A stretch of 64,000 nucleotides of DNA from an uncultured Clostridiaceae bacterium. Its GTDB lineage: Bacteria > Bacillota > Clostridia > TANB77 > CAG-508. Positions 29,049 to 38,264 of this stretch are shown here, one piece after another (the stretch's first letter is position 1; each line of letters opens with the position of its first letter). The notes under the pieces were generated by a model that was not told the DNA's origin, did no database searches, and was given only the letters and a program-made list of their open reading frames with translations. The stretch lies in contig CAMVIX010000002.1 of assembly GCA_947167695.1 (NCBI GenBank), positions 1,556 to 65,555 of the forward strand, in the 5' to 3' direction. A program made the translations under genes and the position numbers.

Positions 29049-29855
29049 TTATTTTATTATAAAACTCATTACTATAACGAAAATTCCTACTATTACTCTA
29101 TATATTGCAAATACCTTAAAACTGCCTTTTTTCAAATATTCTAATAAGAATTTAATTACTGCTACTCCAACAGCAAAACTTGCTAAAATTCCTATGTAGA
29201 ATGATAACTCACCAAATGCAAAATCTTTCATTTTATATAGTGTTGCACCTAATACTATTGGTGTAGATAGCAAGAACGTGTATTTTGCGCATGACTGTCT
29301 ATCTATTCCCATTAGTCTTCCTGTTGTAATTGTTATGCCAGAACGTGATACTCCTGGAATAAATGCTAATGCTTGTGATAAGCCTATTAAGAATGTTTGT
29401 TTTAGAGTCATGTGCTTATAGTCTGTTTCAGATTTAGCATATTTATCAACAAAATAAAGTGCTATTCCCATTACTAATAATGCTATTCCTATGATAATTG
29501 GCTTTTGAAGTACGCCTTCTAAAAAATGGTCTAGCAAGAATCCTATTGCTCCTCCTGGAATGGTTGCTAAAACCAAATACCAAAACATTTTTCCTTCAAA
29601 TGTTTTCTTTCCTCGGATTTGTCCCCATCCGCCTTTTATTAACTTTATCCAATCCTTATAGAAAAATAATACTATTGCAAGTAATGTTCCAAAATGTAGT
29701 GCTACATCAAATCCTTTAAACGCAGTTGCAAATGTCTCACTACTAGACCATCCTAAAAGCCATGGTATGATATTTAAGTGTGCTGAGCTAGATATTGGTA
29801 ATAATTCTGTTAGCCCTTGTACCACTCCTAATATTAGTGCTTGTAAAATACTCAT
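29049..29855 (-). CDS. uppP: undecaprenyl-diphosphate phosphatase
   Basis: 268 aa. Polytopic membrane protein with LPISSSAHL and PGVSRSG BacA motifs. Confidence 0.92.
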   Translation of the reverse strand: MSILQALILGVVQGLTELLPISSSAHLNIIPWLLGWSSSETFATAFKGFDVALHFGTLLAIVLFFYKDWIKLIKGGWGQIRGKKTFEGKMFWYLVLATIPGGAIGFLLDHFLEGVLQKPIIIGIALLVMGIALYFVDKYAKSETDYKHMTLKQTFLIGLSQALAFIPGVSRSGITITTGRLMGIDRQSCAKYTFLLSTPIVLGATLYKMKDFAFGELSFYIGILASFAVGVAVIKFLLEYLKKGSFKVFAIYRVIVGIFVIVMSFIIK

Positions 29856-29926
29856 TTGTTATTCCTCCCCTAAATTCAGTCTGTAAGCTGAATGTGACAT
29901 GCCTTGCAAGGGATGTTCGCATTTGC

Positions 29927-31131
29927 TCACTCTTCCCTCATTTTTTCATTTTCTATCTGTTTTTTTCTAAGATCCGTTTGTTTTCCTAATTCTCTTAAAT
30001 TTAAATTTTCCACTACATGGTATGTTTTATCAAGATATTCGATATTATTTTTTATTTTTTTGCTTATTTTTTTCTTTTCTCGTTTTTCCTCTTCCTTTGG
30101 AAGTACAATATATGCTTTTATTGGTATAAGTATCGGCTCTCCATCTGCTTTTTTCTTATATGTAATATCAATTTCTATTGCTTTATTTACAAAAGTGATT
30201 GCTTTATCCTTTTCTCCTTTTAACATATATATTTTTGATAATTCAAAATATGCCATAGCCTCCAGTTCTTCTGAATATATGCACTCTGTAAAATATTTTT
30301 CTGCAGTATCAATGTCTCTATATATAAGTGCTATTTGGCCTAAATTGTATTTTGCAAAAAATGCTTCATGATTTATCTGTGCTGCTTTTTCGTAACATAT
30401 TTTTGCATTTTGAAAGTCATTTAGCCTTGTATATGCTATTCCCATGCTGTAGTATAATTCATAATCATTTTGATTGTACTTTAGTGCTAATGTGTACACA
30501 TTTATTGCTTCTTTATAGTTTTCTTTCTCACATAATATTTCTCCAAGAAGAATTGCAGCATTTGTATTACTTGGCTGATTTTTAAGTAAATTTGTTACCA
30601 TTGTTTTAGACTCTTCTTTTTGTCCTAAATCATATAAAAGAAATGCAACCTTATAATACGAATCGTAGTCATCTTTTTTGCAGTCTATTGCTTTAACATA
30701 TTCGTCTATTGCTTTTCTCATCCCACCCTGCTTTTCGTAGATTTCGCCTAGCATTTTATGCCCGGGTATAGCTCTCTGGATATTTTGTAACTAAATTGAT
30801 TAATTCATCTACAGCGTCTTGATCATCTTTAAACAATAAGAAAAATTTTGCTTTATACTCACTTAATTTTTCTGAAAAATTATGACCCTTCTTTTCCGCA
30901 ACTAAAACAAGTATTGGTAATGCTATTCCAAGCAAATACATTATTATTCTTACAAAAGTATTTGCATAAAGCAGACTTAAAATTTCTATAAAGTTTATTG
31001 ATATACCGAATTGCTTGTAATATTAATATTATAATATAATTTGTATCATTTTTTCGTATAAGTTTTACAAAAACAATTACAAATAAAAAGAAAGCAATAA
31101 CATTAAATAGTATTTTTTCTGCTATAATCAT
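29927..31131 (-). CDS. membrane-anchored TPR-repeat protein; needs +1 shifts at in-frame CGGs 31006-31008 and 30762-30764
   Basis: Three listed ORFs (30880..31131, 30756..30941, 29927..30754) form one gene. At gca att Cgg tat, skipping the C gives LQAI-G-ISINFIEILSLLYANTF...MYLLGIALP. At tat acc Cgg gca, it gives PESYT-G-HKMLGEIYEKQGG. TPR repeats lie downstream. Confidence 0.65.
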
Positions 31132-31159
31132 GTTATCACTCTCCTCTCATATTTTAGTT

Positions 31160-31711
31160 TTAGAATAATTTTTTCTTTTCTTTTTTGCCAAATTTTTCAT
31201 TGTAGCACTCTATGCTTTGCATAATTATTTTTTCTGCTTCTTGCCTTCCCTTAATTTCTTGAATCATTGTGTGTTTTCCTTCTAATTGTTTATACACTTC
31301 AAAGAAATGCATAATTTCATCTGATATATGGTTTGGAAGTCCAGACACATCGTTATAGCAATTTAAAAATGGATCATTTTTTGCTACTGCTATTATCTTT
31401 TCGTCATGCTCGTCCCCATCTATCATTTTTATTACTCCTATTGGGTAACATTCAACAAGTGTTAGAGAAATTATCTTTTCTTGGCATAATACAAGTACAT
31501 CTAGTGGATCATTATCATCTGCATACGTTTTTGGTATAAATCCGTAGTTTGCAGGATAATGTGTTGCTGTATATAATACTCTGTCTAATTTAAGCATTCC
31601 TGTTTCTTTGTCTAGTTCGTATTTGTTTTTTCCTCCTTTTGATATTTCAATAACTGCAATAAAATCGTTTGGTTTTATTCTTTCTTCGCTAATGTCATGC
31701 CATATATTCAT
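31160..31711 (-). CDS. ppa: inorganic pyrophosphatase (family I)
   Basis: 183 aa. NKYELDKETG, YPANYGFIP and DGDPLDVLV-type motifs (DNDPLDVLVL). Confidence 0.92.
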   Translation of the reverse strand: MNIWHDISEERIKPNDFIAVIEISKGGKNKYELDKETGMLKLDRVLYTATHYPANYGFIPKTYADDNDPLDVLVLCQEKIISLTLVECYPIGVIKMIDGDEHDEKIIAVAKNDPFLNCYNDVSGLPNHISDEIMHFFEVYKQLEGKHTMIQEIKGRQEAEKIIMQSIECYNEKFGKKEKKKLF

Positions 31712-31818
31712 GTTTACTGCCTCCTTTTAATTAGATTATTATACATCTTTTTTAAATTTTTGTAAATATTTTTGGCGATTTTTATGAAATATTGGGAGGA
31801 TTCGGCGAGCCGCGTCCT

Positions 31819-31843
31819 AAAAACGGTCCACCGGACCGTTTTT
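31819..31843. terminator. bidirectional intrinsic-terminator-like hairpin
   Basis: aaaaacggtcc-acc-ggaccgttttt, with an A-run before and a T-run after. Confidence 0.5.
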
Positions 31844-31868
31844 GCCTCATTTCATTCGGCACGTCCTT

Positions 31869-31950
31869 TTCGAATCCTCCCACCCCAGCCAAATTAAAAG
31901 AATCGGTTTTTACCGATTCTTTTAATTTGGCTGGGGTGGGAGGATTCGAA
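31869..31950. repeat. 82-bp perfect palindrome (38-bp arms, 6-nt loop) containing the 3' 23 nt of tRNA-Gln
   Basis: Arm 31869-31906 (ttcgaatcctcccaccccagccaaattaaaagaatcgg) is the exact reverse complement of 31913-31950. A third 12-nt copy, tgggaggattcg, lies at 31793-31804. Confidence 0.9.
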
Positions 31951-32003
31951 CCGCCGAAATGCATGAGTCAAAGTCATGTGCCTTACCACTTGGCTACACC
32001 CCA
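31928..32003 (-). tRNA. tRNA-Gln (anticodon UUG), CCA encoded; non-canonical variable/T-arm
   Basis: Manual cloverleaf: acceptor TGGGGTG/CACCCCA, anticodon arm CATGA-CTTTGAC-TCATG, T-loop TTCGAAT. It is 76 nt, with an apparent 6-nt variable region CATTTC and a C:T mismatch in T-stem GGCGG/CCTCC. Confidence 0.75.
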
Positions 32004-32016
32004 ATATTAAATTGTC

Positions 32017-32094
32017 TGGGGTGGAAGATGGGACTCGAACCCACGGCCTCTGGTGCCACAAACCAGCGCTCTAACCAACTGAGCTACATCCACC
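32017..32094 (-). tRNA. tRNA-His (anticodon GUG) with encoded G-1 and CCA
   Basis: Manual cloverleaf: G-1 pairs with C73, anticodon arm CTGGT-TTGTGGC-ACCAG, T-arm GTGGG-TTCGAGT-CCCAT. One T:T mismatch in the acceptor stem. Confidence 0.85.
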
Positions 32095-32187
32095 ATATTG
32101 CAACTTTGGATATTTCCAAAGTTGCAATAATAATTTTAAACAATTTTATCAAATTTGTCAACCATTTTGGACAAATTTTGTTAAATT

Positions 32188-32916
32188 TTATTGTTCTCTA
32201 GCTTTAATAATTATTCTCATACTGCTATCATCATTGCATGAATATAATGTTACTTCTCTTTTCCCCTGCGTGTCTCTATTAATATATGATGCATCTTCTG
32301 GAGTTGTTTCAAATTTTTCATATACAATATATGTAATTGTTTGACCACTTGTGTCTTTTATATTTATTTTATCCCCCACTTGTATGTTTTTATTATCTGA
32401 GAATAATGTGCCATTACGGTAGTTGTGTCCTGCAAGAACTGTATTTCCTACCTTGTTAACTCCAGGTCCTACTTGTACTCCAATTGCAACTTCAATTGCT
32501 TTCTTTGTTGCTTTTTCAAGTATTGGGCAATTTAACCCTGTCCTTGGAATTGCAATAGTTCCTACCTGTACAAATCCCTTATACATAACCTTTTTTGCAG
32601 ATGAATTGCTACCTGAAGATGAGTTATTACTTGTAGTTGCAGTTGGCATATTTGCAAAAGGATCTATTATTTCGCCATCTATAACATTTGCATCAGTTGT
32701 ATTATCAGCAATGCCGTTATTGTTTTCCATTGTGTTAGTATTGTTATTTACGTTTGGAATTTCTTCATCAAACTTTGCAACTCCTTGACTAGTCTCTTTT
32801 TCTAGATAGTACTTGTTATAAATATCAATTCCTATAAAAACAAATAAACCTAAAATTCCAATAATTGCAACAATGAGAAGAATTGTTAATGCTTTACTGT
32901 ATTTACCACTTGTCAT
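32188..32916 (-). CDS. sortase family transpeptidase
   Basis: 242 aa. N-terminal TM anchor, LAGHNYRNGTLF (catalytic His region) and VTLYSCN (TLxTC-type Cys motif). Confidence 0.8.
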   Translation of the reverse strand: MTSGKYSKALTILLIVAIIGILGLFVFIGIDIYNKYYLEKETSQGVAKFDEEIPNVNNNTNTMENNNGIADNTTDANVIDGEIIDPFANMPTATTSNNSSSGSNSSAKKVMYKGFVQVGTIAIPRTGLNCPILEKATKKAIEVAIGVQVGPGVNKVGNTVLAGHNYRNGTLFSDNKNIQVGDKINIKDTSGQTITYIVYEKFETTPEDASYINRDTQGKREVTLYSCNDDSSMRIIIKAREQ

Positions 32917-32982
32917 ATAAATACCTCCCTTATTTTACACATATATATATATTATAACATATTTTTGGAAAAATAACAGTAT

Positions 32983-33330
32983 TTAATGCACAATTTTTTC
33001 ACCTAATTTTTTTCCACCTAATACATGAAAATGTAAGTGTCCTATTGCCTGCCCTCCGTCTTCTCCACAATTAGTAATTACTCTAAATCCTTTTTCCTTT
33101 ATACCTTCTTTTTCTGCAACTAAATTAATTGCACTATAGACTTTTCCAAGTAATTCTCCATCTTCTTTTGTAAGTTCTGTAACTTTGGATATATGCCTTT
33201 TTGGAATTACAAGAACATGTATTGGTGCTGCTGGATGAATGTCTCTAAATGCTAGTACCTCTTCATCCTCATATACAACGTCTGCTGGGATTTCTTTTTT
33301 TATTATTTTACAAAATAAACAATCTTCCAT
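32983..33330 (-). CDS. HIT-family (HinT-like) nucleotide hydrolase
   Basis: 115 aa. CLFCKII N-terminus and histidine triad GHLHFHVLGG. Confidence 0.9.
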   Translation of the reverse strand: MEDCLFCKIIKKEIPADVVYEDEEVLAFRDIHPAAPIHVLVIPKRHISKVTELTKEDGELLGKVYSAINLVAEKEGIKEKGFRVITNCGEDGGQAIGHLHFHVLGGKKLGEKIVH

Positions 33331-33336
33331 AGTAGT

Positions 33337-35097
33337 TTACTCCTTTACTAAAATTGCTTTAATACGCCTTACACCTGATGAGCTTGCCTCTTCTTTCTTT
33401 ATTACAAATCTGCCCAAACTTCCCGTATGTTCTACGTGTGGTCCTCCACAAATTTCTTTGCTAAAATCTCCTATTGTATATACCTTTACTCTGTCTCCAT
33501 ATTTATGCTCGAATAATCCTATTGCTCCTGAAGCTCTTGCTTCATCTAATGTCATTTCCTCACATGTAACTTTTAGGTCTCTTTTAATTTGCTCGTTTAC
33601 CATGTCTTCAACTTTCTTTAGTTCTTCTGGAGTTACTTTTTGAGGATGTGTAAAATCGAAACGTAGTCTTTCTGTTGTAATATTTGAACCATTTTGTCTT
33701 ACATGGTCTCCTAAAACTGTTCGAAGTGCTTGGTGTAGTAAGTGCGTTGCTGTATGATATGCTGTTGTTTGCTCGTTTTGTTCTGCTAGGCCTCCTTTAA
33801 ATTTTTGCTCTGCACCAAGCCTTGATTTTTCTTGGTGTAGCTTGTATAGCTCATCAAACTTGTCTAGCTCTAATTCTACCCCATTTTCTTTTGCAAGTTC
33901 AACTGTTACTTCTTGTGGAAAACCATATGTCTCATATAGATTAAAAACAGTTTGTCCATCTATTATATTTTTTCCTTCTCTGTGAATTCTTTCTACAGCC
34001 TTCATGAATTCTTTTTCCCCATTTTCAAGGGTTTTCATGAATTTATTTTTTTCCTCTATAAGCACATTTTTTATTGTTTCCTTTTTTTCTACAAGCTCAG
34101 GATACATTTCTTTTAGTGTTTCTACATTTAAGTCCACTAAATTTTGAATTTCATTTAAGTCTATTCCAAGCTTTCTCAAGTGTCTTACCATTCTGCGAAT
34201 AAGTCTCCTTAAAATATATCCTCTGTCTATGTTACTTGGTCTTCCGCCATCTGCAATTATCATCATACTAGAACGTAAATGCTCTGCAACTATTCTTCTA
34301 CTTTGAATGTCCTCTTTCTTTTCAAGCTCTGCTAGTTTATCCATTATAGGTGAAAAAATTTCAATTTCATATGGTGTTTTCTTTCCTTGAAGAAGCATTG
34401 CCATTCTTTCTAGCCCAAGACCTGTGTCTACATTGTGTTGCTTTAATTTTGTATATGTACCATCTGCACTTTTAAAGAATTCCATAAATACGTTATTCCA
34501 TATTTCAACATATTTTCCACAATCACAAGATGGGTCGCAATGATCACTGCACGCAGGTTTTCCAGTATCATAAAACATTTCTGTATCTGGTCCACAAGGT
34601 CCTTCATTGCCTGCTATCCACCAGTTATTGTCTTTTCCAAAATAATATATTCTATCTTCTGGAATACCAGCTTTTTTCCAGCACTCGCTTGACACTGTAT
34701 CACGTGCGCAGTCTTCGTCTCCAGCAAAAACTGTAACAGATAATTTTTCTACTGGAATTTGTAATTCCTTTGTTAGAAATTCATAGCTCATCGCAATTGC
34801 TTCTTCTTTAAAATAATCTCCTAGCGACCAGTTCCCCAGCATTTCAAAAAATGTTAAGTGGCGGTTATCGCCAACATCTTCAATATCTACTGTTCTAACA
34901 CATTTTTGGTAATCTGTAAGTCTTGTACCTTCTGGGTGTTTTTCTCCCATAAGATAAGGAATAAGTGGTTGCATTCCCGCTGTAGTAAATAATACTGATG
35001 GATCGTTTTCAGGAATAAGTGAACTGCTTGGTATTATTTTATGTCCATGTGCTTCAAAAAATTTTAAATATTTATTTCTAATATCTATTGCTTTCAT
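33337..35097 (-). CDS. alaS: alanine--tRNA ligase, unusually short form (586 aa)
   Basis: Class II core (FTTAGMQP, RHLTFFEMLGNWS), NIDRGYILRRLIRR, and editing-site HTATHLLH plus CGGPHV. The protein ends about 45 aa after CGGPHV, so it has no C-Ala domain. Confidence 0.85.
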   Translation of the reverse strand: MKAIDIRNKYLKFFEAHGHKIIPSSSLIPENDPSVLFTTAGMQPLIPYLMGEKHPEGTRLTDYQKCVRTVDIEDVGDNRHLTFFEMLGNWSLGDYFKEEAIAMSYEFLTKELQIPVEKLSVTVFAGDEDCARDTVSSECWKKAGIPEDRIYYFGKDNNWWIAGNEGPCGPDTEMFYDTGKPACSDHCDPSCDCGKYVEIWNNVFMEFFKSADGTYTKLKQHNVDTGLGLERMAMLLQGKKTPYEIEIFSPIMDKLAELEKKEDIQSRRIVAEHLRSSMMIIADGGRPSNIDRGYILRRLIRRMVRHLRKLGIDLNEIQNLVDLNVETLKEMYPELVEKKETIKNVLIEEKNKFMKTLENGEKEFMKAVERIHREGKNIIDGQTVFNLYETYGFPQEVTVELAKENGVELELDKFDELYKLHQEKSRLGAEQKFKGGLAEQNEQTTAYHTATHLLHQALRTVLGDHVRQNGSNITTERLRFDFTHPQKVTPEELKKVEDMVNEQIKRDLKVTCEEMTLDEARASGAIGLFEHKYGDRVKVYTIGDFSKEICGGPHVEHTGSLGRFVIKKEEASSSGVRRIKAILVKE

Positions 35098-35149
35098 AAT
35101 ATCCCCCTTTTTTTACGGCAATTATTATATTACAATGAATCAAAAAAAT

Positions 35150-35167
35150 CAAGCCCTTAAGGGCTTG
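35150..35167 (-). terminator. rho-independent terminator after spoVT
   Basis: caagccc-ttaa-gggcttg, flanked by an A-run and a T-run. Confidence 0.65.
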
Positions 35168-35178
35168 GTTTTTTTGTT

Positions 35179-35733
35179 CTATATATCCATTTGGCTACCC
35201 AAAAATCCTGCTGCTGATTGAACTACCTTCATGTCTGATTCTACCATTTTTGTACCTTGTTCTTTTGAAATAAGAATTACACTTCCTATTACGTCTCCTT
35301 GAGATATTATAGGATATATTACTTGAGAATTATATTTTCTTTCTCTAGTATCATTTTCTGTAATAGGTAAAGCTATTTCGTTGTTGTCTCCACTTGTGTA
35401 AACTTCCTTGTTTTCCATTACTTCTTCAAGCTCTTTGCTTAAATTCTGCTCCAAAAATTCCTTTTTAGAACCACCTGAAACGGCAATTACTGTGTCTTTA
35501 TCTGTTATGCATGCAATGTGTCCTGTTGTTTTTGCTAAAGTTTCTGCATATCCTGTTGCAAATTCTGAAAGCTCTCCTATTGGAGAATATTTCTTTAAAA
35601 TAACCTCTCCTTCTTTTCCTGTAAATATTTCTATAGGGTCTCCCTCTTTTATGCGAAGCACTCTTCTTATTTCTTTTGGTATAACAATTCTGCCTAAATC
35701 ATCTATACGTCTTACAACTCCTGTTGCTTTCAT
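35179..35733 (-). CDS. spoVT: stage V sporulation regulator SpoVT (AbrB-family N-terminus + GAF-like C-terminus)
   Basis: 184 aa. Starts MKATGVVRRIDDLGRIVIPKEIRRVLRIKEGDPIEIF. Confidence 0.9.
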   Translation of the reverse strand: MKATGVVRRIDDLGRIVIPKEIRRVLRIKEGDPIEIFTGKEGEVILKKYSPIGELSEFATGYAETLAKTTGHIACITDKDTVIAVSGGSKKEFLEQNLSKELEEVMENKEVYTSGDNNEIALPITENDTRERKYNSQVIYPIISQGDVIGSVILISKEQGTKMVESDMKVVQSAAGFLGSQMDI

Positions 35734-35831
35734 AAATTAATCCTCCTTAAATTTTCTTTTTATTTTTATTTTCTCTAAAAAAGGAGAAATTATACGAAAA
35801 AATAAACTTTGAATAATTCAAAGTTTATTTT

Positions 35832-36485
35832 TTACACAGTGCTTTTTAATTTTTTTAATAAATTCCTATTAGTATTAAATATATTTATCATCTCATCTGT
35901 ATATTCTTTTTTCGTAACTGATTCTCTCCATTCATATGGCAATGCCAAATTAATTTGCTTTGCTATTAAATTCATAAAAATGGATCTTGGAGCATCTAGA
36001 ATATTAACTGACGAATAATATTTTCCTTCTGGATTGCAATATAACCAGTAATCCAATTTTTTATTATTCTTTATATTTTCAAAAGATTTAATTGATTTTA
36101 ATTTTAACCCTTTTAGTAACTCCCCTTCGATTTCTTTATTAAAATTGAATGGAATTAAATGTAAATGAGCATGTACTATACTTTGAGGATGTCTTCCATT
36201 TTCTGTTGAACCATGTTCTAATAATATTGAATCAATATTAAAATACCTCTTGTAAATTTCCTTAATCGAACCTATTACTTTTTCTACATGTTTTAATTCT
36301 TTTTGTGACAATTCAGCGAAACCATTAACATGTCGTTTCATTATTATCATTAAATAACCCCTAACTGGAGCTCCAGTTGCTTGAGTTATTATTATTAAAT
36401 CATCTTCATATAAAATAATATTTTTTTCTTTTTTATTATTGTTATCTCCACTTTTCGCAATACTACAAAATACACACTCTTTCAT
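35832..36485 (-). CDS. HIT-like nucleotidyl hydrolase/transferase (217 aa)
   Basis: CVFCSI N-terminus and IVHAHLHLIP histidine triad. Last gene of the five-gene coupled operon. Confidence 0.7.
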   Translation of the reverse strand: MKECVFCSIAKSGDNNNKKEKNIILYEDDLIIITQATGAPVRGYLMIIMKRHVNGFAELSQKELKHVEKVIGSIKEIYKRYFNIDSILLEHGSTENGRHPQSIVHAHLHLIPFNFNKEIEGELLKGLKLKSIKSFENIKNNKKLDYWLYCNPEGKYYSSVNILDAPRSIFMNLIAKQINLALPYEWRESVTKKEYTDEMINIFNTNRNLLKKLKSTV

Positions 36486-36968
36486 TTATTCACCTCTTTT
36501 TATAATATGTGATAAGCCATTAAGATACACTTCATTAATCAACATATTTCTAATATTTATCGGCCTTAAATCTATATCTTTCAGTTCTTCTATAGTAACC
36601 CATTTAAATTCCAGTAGTCTTTCTTCGCCTTTATCATTTTCAATCCTTTCATAATCTTTCATTTCTAAATTATATTTAAGTTTTATGATATAATAAAATT
36701 CTATCCCATGACATTTTTTATTGTTTCTTTCCCAAAAATTTTCTTGTATAGCAAATAAATGTGTTTCCTCGACCTCACAGCCAACTTCTTCTTTTATTTC
36801 ACGAATAATGGCCTGTTCTGAATCTTCTCCAATTTCAATATGACCTCCTGGTATGTGAAAATATGAAGTTTTGTTTACTTTCATAATTAAAAACTTATTA
36901 TCTTGTTTAATTATTCCACATGTTCTTCCATGGAATTCTTCGTTTTCAGTTTTAATTCTTAAATCCAT
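36486..36968 (-). CDS. NUDIX hydrolase
   Basis: Nudix box GGHIEIGEDSEQAIIREIKEEVG. Its stop abuts the next start (36486/36485). Confidence 0.85.
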   Translation of the reverse strand: MDLRIKTENEEFHGRTCGIIKQDNKFLIMKVNKTSYFHIPGGHIEIGEDSEQAIIREIKEEVGCEVEETHLFAIQENFWERNNKKCHGIEFYYIIKLKYNLEMKDYERIENDKGEERLLEFKWVTIEELKDIDLRPINIRNMLINEVYLNGLSHIIKRGE

Positions 36969-36999
36969 ATTACTTATTTCCTTTCAACTTTATAATCGT

Positions 37000-37662
37000 T
37001 TAAATTAAATCATTGATTTTTTTTATAATATCTTCATCTGTTGTATCTAAATTGTTTGATATACTATCTTTTAATACTTCTTCATAAGACTTATAATATT
37101 TTTTTATATTATCATCAAATTTATGTTCAACTATATTTTCTCTTTGTTTAAATCTTTCAATTAGAATCTTTTTATCAACTATAAAATCCAATTTTATTCT
37201 TTCATTTTCTAAAAAGTTAATTGTATTAATAAGCGCATGACTACATATAATATATTCTTTATTCAACTTTTCAAATTCAGGCATGTAGTTTATCAGTTTT
37301 GTATATTTATTACAAAACTTGATATAATCTTCTTTTGTCATAATTAATTTTAATTCATCAATAATTTTACAAATCTCTTTAATAATATACTTCATTGTAT
37401 TTTTATGCCATTCAACCATCGATTCTAATGGAATTCTGCTTTCATATAAAGCACATCTCAAATAGTATTCTCTCATATTTTCATTTTTTAGTAAAGTGGT
37501 ATGCTGAGTGTATTTATATAAATTCTCTTCTAGATTATTATAAAAAAATTTCCATCTTAAACTTTCAAATTCTAGAGCAATATAATTGTTATATTGTGCC
37601 AATAATTTACTTGTATATGTCTTTCCAGCTGCAGGAAATCCTCCTATAGTAATAATCTTCAT
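37000..37662 (-). CDS. P-loop kinase-like ATP-binding protein
   Basis: Walker A GGFPAAGKTYTS. Start set to ATG 37662, overlapping the TAA of the upstream gene (TAATG). Confidence 0.6.
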   Translation of the reverse strand: MKIITIGGFPAAGKTYTSKLLAQYNNYIALEFESLRWKFFYNNLEENLYKYTQHTTLLKNENMREYYLRCALYESRIPLESMVEWHKNTMKYIIKEICKIIDELKLIMTKEDYIKFCNKYTKLINYMPEFEKLNKEYIICSHALINTINFLENERIKLDFIVDKKILIERFKQRENIVEHKFDDNIKKYYKSYEEVLKDSISNNLDTTDEDIIKKINDLI

Positions 37663-38264
37663 TATTCCACCTCCGCAAATACTCTGCATGGAGAGCCATC
37701 AAATTTATCAAAATTTAAAGGTATTGCATATACTCTAAATTTTTTATCTAATAATATATTCATATTGCACACATTTTCTACTATTAATATATTACTTCCT
37801 AAAATCTTTTTATGTATAGGAAATGGATATTCATCAGGCGTTGGTATATCTAATAAAATCATTTTTGGTTTTTTAGATATTAAGAAGTCTATTAAATTAT
37901 TATCAATCACTGGAACATCAATAAATAAGTTGTCTATTCCTTTTTCTATATGTCCTGAATATAGAAGAAATACATCTTCATCCTTGATATTTAAATCAGG
38001 ATTATGAATATCAATTACTTTTCCTTTACCAATAAACTTTTCTATTTTAAAGTCATTTGATTTTTTTCCATCATCAATCATATGATACGGGAAGTCCATA
38101 TGTGTTCCAAAATGTGTATTAATAGTTATTTGATGTTCATTATAATTTTCCTTTTCTATCTTTGCATGTTGTCTAAATACAATTTCTGGCTCTCCGTGGA
38201 AAACAGGTGTATCTTTTGTAAGTAATAATGATAAATCAATAAAATTATTATCTTTCATTTTCAT
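37662..38264 (-). CDS. cyclase-family protein (kynurenine formamidase-like fold)
   Basis: 200 aa. HFGTHMDFPYHM motif typical of the putative-cyclase/arylformamidase family. Confidence 0.7.
   Translation of the reverse strand: MKMKDNNFIDLSLLLTKDTPVFHGEPEIVFRQHAKIEKENYNEHQITINTHFGTHMDFPYHMIDDGKKSNDFKIEKFIGKGKVIDIHNPDLNIKDEDVFLLYSGHIEKGIDNLFIDVPVIDNNLIDFLISKKPKMILLDIPTPDEYPFPIHKKILGSNILIVENVCNMNILLDKKFRVYAIPLNFDKFDGSPCRVFAEVE

Noticed and set aside
31819-31843. Hairpin loop region CCACCGG as a possible anticodon loop (ACCG/CCG) of a tRNA-like RNA that reads CGGN.
   Set aside because: - The stem pairs right up to a 3-nt loop.
- There are no D- or T-arm equivalents and no usable acceptor or CCA geometry.
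- The A-run/T-run flanks fit a bidirectional terminator much better.
31782-32201. ORFs 31782..31964 (-), 31792..32010 (+) and 31959..32201 (+).
   Set aside because: They run through the tRNA-Gln and tRNA-His genes and the GC-rich palindrome. They are open only because of the local GC content.
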